Assembly: GCA_002269645.1 (NCBI GenBank)
Contig: NIVC01003258.1
Location: forward strand, 44,974-108,973
Source: Macrostomum lignano
Taxonomy: Eukaryota
DNA: 64,000 bases
Reading direction: 5' to 3'
Part shown: positions 12,043 through 32,522 of the stretch, piece by piece
Position numbering within the stretch: position 1 is the first letter of the stretch
Layout: each line of letters starts with the position of its first letter
The notes under the pieces: generated by a model
Databases searched by the model: none
What the model saw: only the letters and a program-made list of their open reading frames with translations
What the model was told of the DNA's origin: nothing
Translations under genes and position numbers: made by a program

Positions 12043-15000
12043 TCAGCTGGTCCCAGAGGTGGACGGGCCTCCAGCCGCCCTCTTAGCCGCCCCCAGCAGA
12101 TCCGTGCCAACGTGAAAGAAAGTACTCTTTGTACCGAAATACTTGGCATTAGCCCCCTCCTCTTCGGCCGAACGCTCCGACGCTCTCGGATTGACAATCT
12201 CCAAGCCCTGCACCGGGGTGAAGGCAACCGAGGACACGGTGCCGCTGACAGGTCGCCTCATGGTGCTGGCGCCTCCGTGAAGCTGGTTCAGCTGATGCCG
12301 CTGCAGCTGCTGCTCCTGACGTTGCAGCTTCTGGGCGAGCGCTTTGGACACTCGGGCTTTGGTCTTCGCGTCAGCTACCGGGGCGCGGATTCGGCCGCTG
12401 GACGAACGGCCGAGATTGCCGAGCGAGAAACCCAGGTCCTCCTGGTAGGCGTCGTCCTGGGAAGGGAGGGTTGGTTTCTGCCTATGCAGTGCTTGTAGAC
12501 ACCTGACTGCTCACTGTCAGGTAGACTCCTGACTGCTCACTGTCAGGTAGACTCCTGACTGCTCACTGTCAGGTAGACTCCTGACTGCTCACTGTCAGGT
12601 AGACTCCTGACTGCTCACTGTCAGGTAGACTCCTGACTGCTCACTGTCAGGTAGACTCCTGACTGCTCACTGTCAGGTAGACCCCTGACTGCTCACTGTC
12701 AGGTAGACTCCTGACTGCTCACTGTCAGGTAGACCCCTGACTGCTCACTGTCAGGTAGACTCCTGACTGCTCACTGTCAGGTAGACTCCTGACTGCTCAC
12801 TGTCAGGTAGACTCCTGACTGCTCACTGTCAGGTAGACTCCTGACTGCTCACTGTCAGGTAGACTAGTGACTGCTCACTGTCAGGTAGACTCCTGACTGC
12901 TCACTGTCAGGTAGACTCCTGACTACTCACTGTCAGGTAGACTCCTGACTGCTCACTGTCAGGTAGACTCCTGACTACTCACTGTCAGGTTGCCAGGGAC
13001 TAGAGGAATGGGCGATCCCCTCCGCTGCATCCGCTGGACAGTACCCCATGCAGCTAAGTCAAGTAAGTACCTGAACATCGCCAAAATTGATGCGATTGGC
13101 TGCCTTTCGCATCTCGGTCATGCCAAGTCGCTCCTTCATCTTGCGGTGCCGACGACCGCCGCGCTTCTTCGACGGCGGATCGATTGGCGCGGTGAGCGGC
13201 TTCACCTGTAGCGGCGGGTGGGTCTCTACTTGTCTCTACTTGTCTCTACTTGTCTCTACCTGTCTCTGTCTCTACCTGTCTCTACTTGTCTCTACTTGTC
13301 TCTACTTGTCTCTAACTGTCTCTACCTGTCTCTACTTGTCTCTACCTGTCTCTAATTGTCTCTACCTGTCTCTACTTGTCTCTACCTGTCTCTAATTGTC
13401 TCTACCTGTCTCTACTTGTCTCTACCTGTCTCTACTTGTCTCTACTTGTCTCTACCTGTCTCTACTTGTCTCTACCTGTCTCTACCTGTCTCTACTTGTC
13501 TCTACCTGTCTCTACTTGTCTCTACCTGTCTCTACCTGTCTCTACTTGTCTCTACCTGTCTCTACCTGTCTCTATTTGTCTCTATCCGTCTCTACCTGTC
13601 TCTATCCGTCTCTACCTGTCTCTATCCGTCTCTACCTGTCTCTACTTGTCTCTACCTGTCTCTACCTGTCTCTACCTGTCTCTACTTGTCTCTACTTGTC
13701 TCTACCTGTCTCTACCTGTCTCTACTTGTCTCTATCCGTCTCTACCTGTCTCTACTTGTCTCTACCTGTCTCTACTTGTCTCTACCTGTCTCTACCTGTC
13801 TCTATTTGTCTCTACCTGTCTCTATCTGTCTCTACCTGTATCTATCTGTCTCTACATATCTCTAAATGCGTTTAAATGTCTCTATCCCTTCTAGTTGTCT
13901 TTACTTGCCTTCCCCTTCGCTTAATACCCTTTTCCCAACTACATACATGTAAGCCTTGCTCTCTATTCTGCTCCTTTGTCAACCTCGCACTACTGTCCTT
14001 CCTACGGGCTCTGCCCATCAGATCGCACCTGTTTGACCGGTGGAGGCTCGGTCAGCTTTTCAAACTTCAATTCTAATTCCATGTTCAGCTGGCGACCCCT
14101 GCTCCCGTCGGGAGCCTGATGAAAATTGTCCACCCTGGCGGCCAGGGTGCACTTGGCCGCAATCAGGCGGACGGCCTTGCTACGGAGGTCCGGCGGCAGC
14201 GAGCGGACAGCGGCGCACTCGTACAGATGGCCGCGGTGGAGGCCCTGGGTGGCGCTGGAGAAACCAGATAGCTGCTTGCGGGTGGAGCCAAGGACCTGCG
14301 GTGGGGTTTTGGGATGTACAAGCTGAATTGATTTTGTTGGAAACTGGGGATCTGGGATGGTGACTGCTCAAATTGGGGATATGAGATGGTGACTGCTCAA
14401 ATTGGGGATCTGGGATGGTGACTGCTCAAATTGGGGATCTGGGATGATTTGACTGCTCAAATTGGGGATCTGGGATGGTTTGACTGCTCAAATTGGGGAT
14501 CTGAGATGGTGACTGCTCAAATTGGGGATCTGGGATGATTTGACTGCTCAAATTGGGGATCTGGGATGGTTTGACTGCTCAAATTGGGGATCTGAGATGG
14601 TGACTGCTCAAATTGGGGATCTGGGATGGTTTGACTGCTCAAATTGGGGATCTGAGATGGTGACTGCTCAAATTGGGGATCTGGGATGGTGACTGCTCAA
14701 ATTGGGGATCTGGGATGGTGACTGCTAAAATTGGAGATCTGAGAAGCTGACCCATCAACTGAGTACCCAACACTCACCTGAATATTGCAGCTGGGCATTC
14801 TAATCAAGGCAGACAGACCACCCGCAGAGCCCAGCAATTTAGCTGCCACCGAGGCGCCAACAACAGCAGACAAATTCGGTGCAATGAGCTGCATCCTTGA
14901 CTCAACATAGCTCAATATTCGTTCCCGTTGAACTAGCAATTTATTAGCCATATCGCAGGCTTCCATAATCCAGTCGAGCTCCTGATCGGACAGCCTAACG

Positions 15001-16064
15001 CCTTGAGTAGTTGAAGCGGTCACCGACACCACCATGATGGTGGCAGGAGCCAGGTAAGGCCGGAGGGTGCCGGGGCACTTGGACCGCTCCAAAGGTTCGT
15101 TGCCCAACTGCTGTACAGTTTGCAAGTACTCAACAGGCGACGGTACAAGGGTCTCTAGCTCCGGGAATCGAGTCGCGTACCTATCCCGGCAGTACCGGTG
15201 AATTATGTGAATTTCGTCGTCAATTTTAACGGCTAAATTGTTGGCCTCGACAATGAGCTGGTATTCGGGGTCCGCTTCGACCTGGCGGGAGAGAAAAACG
15301 GGATTCGATAACAAATTCTTTCTAGGCGAAATTTCAGTCTAGATATTTTTCGAGTTTTCCAAGAAATTAGTCAGAATATTTCTTAGAAATAACTAATCTT
15401 CAAAACTAGAAATTGGGCCAAGTTAATTTAAACAAATAGGTTTGTCCTTCCAGAAATTAGGGCAATGCCTTAACAGAAAATAGACTGATGTCTTTCTAAG
15501 AAATCTAGAATTTTAAAGAAATTAGCCGATATCTTTTCAAGAAATGAGCGGAATTTTCTAGGAAACGTCGATGTCTTTCTAGGAAATCGGCCAATATCTT
15601 TCTAGGAAACGAACCAGAATCTTTCGAGGAAAAAGCCTATATTTTTCTTGGAAATGAGTTGTAATCTTTCTAGGAAATCAGCCAATATCTTTCTAGGAAA
15701 GCAGCCGGATTCATTCTAGGAAATGAGCCGAAAACATCTGTCCATCAATGCTTAACAAACGGCTCTACCAACTCACGGGCCCTTGAATTTCGCTGGCCTG
15801 CCGCTTCGGGCCAGCTTCGAATGCTTCGATCTGTTCCAGCACCCGGGCCAGTTGCTCGCTGTCGCTCAGCTTGGCAACCGAGTGCACCGGGCCGCTAGCG
15901 GCCGAGGCCGCCAACTGCGCGGCGACGGCAGCTGCGGCCGCAGCCGAGTCCGCGCCATCGCCATTGTTGAACTCCTCGGAGTCAATCGGTTCCTCCTTGA
16001 TGGCGTCGGCGGCGGCGGCCGCGGTCTCCTCCAAATCTGCCAGGAGCTCTTCGGTGAGCGACAT
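12043..16064 (-). CDS. PRPF31: U4/U6 snRNP protein Prp31, about 535 aa; exons 16064-15777, 15281-14778, 14295-14029, 13205-13071, 12456-12043
   Basis: MSLTEELLADLEE N-terminus, Nop domain (RFPELETLV, ATIMVVSVTASTTQG, IAPNLS, AAKCTLAARVD), KKRGGRR NLS, DDAYQEDLGFSLG and SGTVSSVAFTPVQGLEIVNP, all matching known PRPF31. All four introns are GT-AG, phase 0. Confidence 0.97.
12495..12990. repeat. 26-bp minisatellite (GTAGACTCCTGACTGCTCACTGTCAG), PRPF31 intron 4
   Basis: About 19 near-identical copies. Confidence 0.95.
13225..13860. repeat. 10-bp repeat (CTACCTGTCT / CTACTTGTCT), PRPF31 intron 3
   Basis: Direct reading. Confidence 0.95.
14345..14745. repeat. 29-31-bp minisatellite (AAATTGGGGATCTGGGATGGTGACTGCTC), PRPF31 intron 2
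   Basis: Direct reading. Confidence 0.95.
15350..15725. repeat. Degenerate ~23-bp repeat with a conserved TTCNNNGAA core, PRPF31 intron 1
   Basis: 11 TTCNNNGAA cores counted between 15357 and 15722. Confidence 0.8.
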
Positions 16065-16139
16065 GACTCAGTGCGCGAATGACGAGTCTTTGGAGCTGAA
16101 GAATGAAGATTTGGATGGATTTTTAACTAGAGGGATTAA

Positions 16140-18270
16140 AGCTGGCCCAGCAACTGACACTAGGAGGCTGGCCCAGCAACTGAGGATCTGGGAGGCTGGC
16201 CCAGCAACTGAGGATCTGGGACGCTGGCCCAGCAACTGAGGATCTGGGAGGCTGGCCCAGCAACTGAGCATCTGGGAGGCTGGCCCAGCAACTGAGGATC
16301 TGGGAGGCTGGCCCAGCAACTGAGCATCTGGGAGGCTGGCCCAGCAACTGAGGATCTGGGAGGCTGGCCCAGCAACTGAGCATCTGGGAGGCTGGCCCAG
16401 CAGCTGAGGATCTGGGAGGCTGGCCCAGCAACTGGGCATCTGGGAGGCTGGCCCAGCAACTGAGGATCTGGGAGGCTGGCCCAGAAACTGAGGGTCTGGG
16501 AGGCTGCCCCAGCAACTGAGCATCTGAGAGGCTGGCCCAGCAACTGAGCATCTGGGAGGCTGGCCCAGCAACTGAGGATCTGGGAGGCTGGCCCAGCAAC
16601 TGGGCATCTGGGAGGCTGGCCCAGCAACTGAGCATCTGGGAGGCTGGTCCAGCAACGAGCAACTGAGCATCTGGGAGGCTGGCCCAGCAACTGAGGATCT
16701 GGGAGGCTGGCCCAGCAACTGAGGATCTGGGAGGCTGGCCCAGCAACTGAGGATCTGGGAGGCTGGCCCAGCAACTGAGGATCTGGGGGGCTGGCCCAGC
16801 AACTGAGGATCTGGGAGGCTGGCCCAGCAACTGAGGATCTGGGAGGCTGGCCCAGCAACTGACACTCTGGGAGGCTGGCCCAGCAACTGACACTCTGGGA
16901 GGCTGGCCCAGCAACTGACACTCTGGGAGGCTGGCCCAGCAACTGACACTCTGGGAGGCTGGCCCAGCAACTGACACTCTGGGAGGCTGGCCCAGCAACT
17001 GACACTCTGGGAGGCTGGCCTAGCAACTGACACTCTGGGAGGCTGGCCCAGCAACTGACACTCTGGGAGGCTGGCCTAGCAACTGACACTCTGGGAGGCT
17101 GGCCCAGCAACTGACACTCTGGGAGGCTGGCCCAGCAACTGAGGATCTGGGAGGCTGGCCCAGCAACTGACACTCTGGGAGGCTGGCCCAGCAACTGACA
17201 CTCTGGGAGGCTGGCCCAGCAACTGACACTCTGGGAGGCTGGCCCAGCAACTGACACTCTGGGAGGCTGGCCCAGCAACTGACACTCTGGGAGGCTGGCC
17301 CAGCAACTGACACTCTGGGAGGCTGGCCCAGCAACTGACACTCTGGGAGGCTGGCCCAGCAACTGACACTCTGGGAGGCTGGCCTAGCAACTGAGGATCT
17401 GGGAGGCTGCTGACCCAGCAACTGAGGATCTGGGAGGCTGCTGACCCAGCAACTGAGGATCTGGGAGGCTGCTGACCCAGCAACTGAGGATCTGGGAGGC
17501 TGCTGACACAGCTACTGAGGATCTGGGAGGCTGCTGACCCAGCAACTGAGGATCTGGGAGGCTGCTGACCCAGCAACTGAGGATCTGGGAGGCTGCTGAC
17601 CCAGCAACTGAGGATCTGGGAGGCTGCTGACCCAGCAACTGAGGATCTGGGAGGCTGCTGACACAGCTACTGAGGATCTGGGAGGATGGCCCAGCAACTG
17701 AGCATCTGGGAGGCTGGCCCAGTAACTGAGCATCTGGGAGGCTGGCCCAGCAACTGAGGATCTGGGAGGCTGGCCCAGCAACTGAGCATCTGGGAGGCTG
17801 GCCCAGCAACTGAGGATCTGGGAGGCTGGCCCAGCAACTGAGGATCTGGGAGGCTGGCCCAGCAACTGACACTCTGGGAGGCTGGCCTAGCAACTGAGGA
17901 TCTGGGAGGCTGCTGACCCAGCAACTGAGGATCTGGGAGGCTGCTGACCCAGCAACTGAGGATCTGGGAGGCTGCTGACCCAGCAACTGAGGATCTGGGA
18001 GGCTGCTGACACAGCTACTGAGGATCTGGGAGGATGGCCCAGCAACTGAGCATCTGGGAGGCTGGCCCAGTAACTGAGCATCTGGGAGGCTGGCCCAGCA
18101 ACTGAGGATCTGGGAGGCTGACCCAGCAACTGAGGATCTGGGAGGCTGGCCCAGTAACTGAGCATCTGGGAGGCTGGCCCAGTAACTGAGCATCTGGGAG
18201 GCTGGCCCAGCAACTGAGCATCTGGGAGGCTGGCCCAGCAACTGAGCATCTGGGAGGCTGGCCCAGTAAC
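16140..18270. repeat. 28/31-bp minisatellite (CTGGGAGGCTGGCCCAGCAACTGAGGAT) in variant blocks, between GCLC and PRPF31
   Basis: Direct reading; blocks of GACACT and GCTGCTGACCCAG variants. Confidence 0.95.
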
Positions 18271-19474
18271 TAATGAGTCGCACACAAAATAAGGAAAAAA
18301 TCAGCACGCAAAACTACTGACCCAAACAAAAAACACACACTGGGTATCTTTAGTTGGCGAAACATCTTAAAACACAGAAAACAGTAGAAAGAATTGTCAC
18401 TATTGAGTCATTAAATATATATAGCAGAGTAAGACTAAATAATAACATTTGCTTCAGACGCTGCATAGCAGACTACTAACTAACGCAGTAGTAAAAATAG
18501 AGTATTTTTATTACAATGCACAATAATAAAGATTTTATTCGTCGCCGTAGAAAGTTTATACTACTACTGATCAGTATCTTGAGTAGGCATTAGAAAATAT
18601 GGCTGCATTTGTATCTCTTCTCATCATTTGACATTCTGTCGTTACAGGGAGGCGCTATTCTAAACAAAAGAAAATTAAAAAAACCCAACATGTCAGCATC
18701 TTGAGGATGAGGCATTGCGTAACACCAAATTTTACAATAGTATTTTGCATCGGTCACTACTGAAGCTCTACTATAAGGCATATAAGCAGCATTTTCATTT
18801 CACAAAAAAATAAATAAAACTTTGATTAAATATAGAAAACAATTATATTGGAATAACAGATAGAAAAACGTTCGAAGTGAATTACAATTACAGTTGCCTA
18901 GTGATTCGTGCACAGCAGAGCACACTAAATATGAAATGAACAGTCCTAAAAATTCTGGAATATAATATAACAAGCCAGTCTGCAGTGTTCAAGCCAGAAA
19001 GAAAAAATACAGATTTAAAACAAATCGTACCTATGGAAACTCATTAAAAATATAACTTATTGCTCCTTATTATATATAAGGGGGTAGAAAGTGCATCTCC
19101 ATCGGAATGACAAATAAATAAGCTGAACTATTTTAAATTAAAAAAAAAACTGCGACAACTTGCGATCTTTGACATGACGACAGTTGATTTGATTTTATTG
19201 CTTTTTGAAATTCTTGCATTTAGCAATGAAAAAAAATACGAAAGAAATAAATTTAAAAGAAAATAATGCTATGCCATTACTACTGATAGAAAAAAGTAAT
19301 AAGTAGCAACACAATGAAAAATGTTATTTTTTGCCTATTTTACTTTTTCTATTCGCTCTCTTAAAAATGTTTTGCACTACTCACAAGCCAACTATCAGTA
19401 GTTTGAATAGTTTTTCTACGGCTGTAATTGAAATGTCGATTAAAACTAAATAACAAAAAAAGAAACTTCGAGCA

Positions 19475-28211
<8,737 letters not shown>

Positions 28212-28758
28212 AATATGTGAATTTTCTTAGAGCATGCAATGGTAACAATAAATTTAACAATAAATAAACAACTTATGTCTTATTTGATGGGTTGTTTTTC
28301 TACTTTTTGGCACTTTATTTCATAGCTATTTGAAGAATTCTTTATTTTATAATTGACATTGTGTTTTGCTAGGCCTAAAAAGCAGTTTGTATTATATAGT
28401 GTGGGAGTTGCTTATTTCTTAAATTATTTTTGTAGTGCAGTTAATGATAGTTGTAGTTGTAGTTTAAACTGTGTTGCAAAGTGAACTAATTCATCAAAAA
28501 TGATGATGTATCTCATCAAAGATACATGATTGACAACATCAAAGGCCAAAGCATATAAAAAGTTTTGCATATGACATTTTAGTGTCACAAAAAGGAAGCT
28601 ATTATACATTTTAAAATATGTAAAGTATTATTATAAATATATGAAATCAGTACATATAAGATGTAATTACTAATTTATACATTGTAATTGTATTGCATTT
28701 GTGGTAATATTACAAGATATAAAGGGCAACTGATTGCTAAAAAATATTGAACCTATTA

Positions 28759-29055
28759 CATACATGCGCAACCTCCAAAATTCGGTCGGCCATGCGACTT
28801 AGTTTTAACAAAAATGCGACATAGTTTTTGGCCAAAAATGTGACTTACATGTAAAAAACCCTAAAGCAAAATTAACGCAACTTTGGGTAAACGGCAGGAG
28901 TAACTATGACTGTCTTATTAGGTCAAAATGCCTCGTCAGCTACTTAGTACTACTACTTTAGTATCTATTTGGGTGGGCATTTTTGCGACCTCCTTGGTTG
29001 GCCGTCAAATCGGTCGGCCGGATCGGCCGACTCGGCCAACTGTTGCGCATGTATG
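28759..29055. mobile_element. hAT-type MITE, 297 bp
   Basis: Perfect 14-bp TIR CATACATGCGCAAC (28759-28772) / GTTGCGCATGTATG (29042-29055), flanked by an exact 8-bp direct repeat ACCTATTA (28751-28758, 29056-29063). Subterminal GGTCGGCC/GGCCGA motifs. The superfamily is inferred from the 8-bp TSD and CA terminus. Confidence 0.85.
28885..28948 (+). pseudogene. 28S rRNA fragment (helix 69-71 region) inside the MITE
   Basis: GGGTAAACGGCAGGAGTAACTATGACTGTCTTATTAGGTCAAAATGCCTCGTCAGCTACTTAGT aligns without gaps (53/64 identities by hand) to the conserved eukaryotic 28S sequence GGGTAAACGGCGGGAGTAACTATGACTCTCTTAAGGTAGCCAAATGCCTCGTCATCTAATTAGT (recalled from memory). Confidence 0.85.
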
Positions 29056-32000
29056 ACCTATTATCTATACCCCCTACAAGTATAACCTAGTAACCTATAT
29101 TAACCTAAATTTACATCTTTCTTTTTTTTATGAGCACTCTATATTTTTATTTTAGATATAATAGGTCCATATATTAAATAATCTTATCTAACAGGAAAAT
29201 ACTATACAAATGAAGCATAAAACTTAAATGCCTAATAGTCAGAAAGTCAATTGATAGTCCTGACTCAGTGTTAGACTCTTATTTATTTGCTGTTATTATG
29301 CACTGGAAAAACAAGTAAAAAATATTATTTAAACTAATAAACTATTAAACTCTTCTATTATAATGAATTGAAATTGTATTACCACTAGAAGCATTGGCAA
29401 AAAGCACAAAAAGCAAAGTAGAGGAAACAATTAAGGGGTCATTTCACAAGAAGGTCTTATCATATTTTTAAACTTTAGGCACTTGTAACTTTCGAACTAT
29501 AATAGATAGAACAAAGCTCCAAAAAGCAATGTGTCAAACATATAGTTTTATATTTTTATATAGTTGCTTATAAATTCTAAAACAACTGAACACATAGCAG
29601 AGCATAAACTATACTGACAATCATTTGGTAAAAAAAGAAAAGAGGGAGCTGCAGCTATGTTAATGAATGATGATGCTGCCTCTTTAATGCTTTTACTAAT
29701 TGCAATGCTTATAGTCATGGTCATAAAGTATGGTCATGACAAAATATTTATTTCATTTATTTTTATTATTCCAGATAACTTTTACCTATAATATAATCCA
29801 AATCATAGTAGGCCTAGAAAAGACCCTTTATAATAAAATGAAAATTATAGTTTTTTATTATATTATAAACAATATAAACTTATAAAATTTAAACTACAAT
29901 AAAACTGCTTATCCCTTATATGGCAACTTTTTTATCTTTGCAAAGGGGATAATAAAAACTTGCTTAAAATTAAAAAAATTAAATTATAAAAAAATATTTT
30001 CCATTATATACTTTTATTCTTTGCTTTACTTTAATTATCTTAGACTAAATGAAGTTTTATACTACTACTATTTCCAAATTTAGTTTTTGTTTATTTTTAG
30101 GCCTATTATTATAAGTAGGCCTAAGGGTTTTATTGATCAAAATTTAGCTCTTAACAACTTAGGCCTAATTATATAGAAAACTCTAATTATACAATCATAT
30201 TTTTAGCTTTCTTTAAAGATTTTTAAACTTTTTTGAGTTGTTAAGAAACTCACTTATGAAGTCAAATGACCTTTTAGACACTTTTTGGCATATTTTTACT
30301 TTGCAAAACATATTTTTTCTAGTATAGGCCTACCATACTCCACTGTGGCTATGGTGGCTACACCATTCAACTAGGCCTACTAGTAATCTTTGTCCCTTGA
30401 TTAGAAGAATTACAATCACTTCGGTGACAAGTCATTTTGGCAACACATGGATTTTTGGCATCAGAGGCCAATCTGGCAACTTCATTTTCCCTATGTCAGA
30501 CTAGGCCCTATCAGTTGCCAATTTCAAAAAGTGATTTGTTTTCTAGGTCTGATTTGTACCTAGATCGCTAAATGTAGGCTAATAAGTGTCATATAATTAT
30601 AAATTATTATGATAGAATTGTTAGTTATTGTTTGCAGTAGGCCCCCCTATAGATAGCAATCTTAGAATTGAGAAAACAAATTCCTGCTTTTCAAATGTAG
30701 GCCTAGCATAGCCTTGGAAATATCCATCCTTAAGAATTTGACTAGGCCCTAGTTGCCAATAGGCAACCGAAAATAGTGATTGGCAACTGGATTTTGAGCC
30801 TGAAGGGCCAACTGGCAACTGGATTTCCAACCTTTAAAAACTCAGGGTGGGGGTCTAGCTTATTATAGGCCTAATATTATTAGACCTAAGGAAAATGCTT
30901 GAATTAACAGTTGCACATAGAGGGCATTGTACAGTGTACACTACACATACAGACTACAGTGGCCTAATATTATTACTTTCTTAATGAAATGGACATCTAA
31001 GAAGAACTAGCCTAAACTAAAGCAAATCGAAGTAAAAAAATTGCCCTGTACACATACACACTATACTATAGGCGTGTGTATAGCCTGTCCTAGGCTATCT
31101 TGCCTAGGCCTAATAAATATATCAGCATCCATGAAGTTTAGGCCTAAGCCTTGGCATCAAAGCTTACCTTTAACTCAGAAAATGTATTTAAAAAGTAATC
31201 TGCACCTTATTCTAGCGGAATAACGACATTTTATTATTTTTTTAAAAGACAAGACAAAATTTTCAACGGGTACCACTACCACTGTGTAGCGTAGCAGTAG
31301 GCCTAGTCTCATGTCATTGTCATGGGACCAGTTAGTAGGTTTATAGCTGCCCTGTTCACGTATTTCTGACTGGCTTCCTCAATCTCCATTATCATGATTG
31401 TAATTTAAATTAAAATAACTATTTTATCCTGATCCTGACCTGTATCGTGCAAGGCAGGGCACTTTTATAGAAAGTGCGTGCCCGCTTAGTAATTGTCCAG
31501 GTTCACTGTATTTTAAATTTTGCGCGTGTTTGCTTCTTTGAAAAAACATCTTATACAAAACAAATTTTATAAAAAGGCACCAAAAAAATCGCTTTTTAAA
31601 CTATATAATCAAAAATAATGTTAAAGCAAACAAAAATTACATTTACATACTATAATTATTTTCCAAATCTCATTCGTCTAGCCTAACATAATGGGAACTG
31701 TGAGAGACCGTTGTTAATGAGGTGGATTCTGATGGTGTCCTTAACATTAACTTAATAATAATAGTAATAATGTTGTGTCCGGGTACATTTGCACCGATGA
31801 GCAATCTCTGACTCTTGGTCAAGTGTGCCAGCAGGCACAGCACTCCTACCCCTCTCGGCTGCGTGCCTGCCTCAACCCCCGCTCCCCCTCTGTCTGTGCG
31901 CCAGACCCCCCAGCTGCACCCACCCCACTATCTGTATGAGCCAACCGGTTTTGTGAGCTGTGAGCATATTAGAATTTTGGATTCTAATTTTGGATTGTTT

Positions 32001-32390
32001 ACGCATCTTTGAAGTTCAGACTGTCTGGGTTTGAGACGGATTGACCTCTAACAATCTAGACAGGCAACACAAAATCTGGGAGGAATGTTTTCAACCCTAT
32101 TCTGACCCCCAGATTTGTGGCTTTTTCATTGTTTTCAGTGATTTATGGCGGCCTAGCTGTCACTTTTGGCTCCAGCCTGTCTGGGTCAAAGAAGTCTTTC
32201 CAGCTTTCTCCCCACTCGCTCTGTTACTTTCTCCTTTGATTTATGGGCGTTTTGCTGTCACTTTTAGCGCCAGGATGTCTAGACAATTGGGACTTTTATT
32301 GCGTTTTGCCCATGATTTATGACCGCACCTGTCAACTTCCCTGGGGTCTGAAGGCCACCTGGCAGGGTGGGTTTTGGGGTTTGAGCTCAG

Positions 32391-32522
32391 CCAATCAGAA
32401 TCGACCTGACTGCCCTCGGCTCGAACAATCAGAAAATTCGGCGCCTATTTTAACAAAAGCTCTTAGCCAATCAGAAAATTCGGCGTGCGATATAACAAAT
32501 AGGCCGCGTGAGAGCTATAAAA
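32391..32522 (+). promoter_or_regulatory. Pol II promoter-like cluster: three CCAAT-type boxes plus TATA box
   Basis: CCAATCAGAA at 32391, ACAATCAGAAAATTCGGCG at 32425, CCAATCAGAAAATTCGGCG at 32467 and TATAAAA at 32516-32522, in canonical order and spacing. Confidence 0.55.

Noticed and set aside
16068-18307. Overlapping long ORFs of the MLGQPPRSSVAG type
   Set aside because: Read-through of a 28/31-bp minisatellite.
28885-28948. Functional rRNA gene
   Set aside because: Only 64 nt; the substitutions break the helix-69 pairing and no flanking rDNA is present.
29261-29269. Nrf2 antioxidant response element upstream of GCLC
   Set aside because: TGACTCAGT is an AP-1 core but lacks the GC of TGACnnnGC; a single hit is expected by chance.
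30512-30821. MITE with CAGTTGCCA / TGGCAACTG ends
   Set aside because: Short inverted motifs are present, but no matching TSD at either candidate right end.
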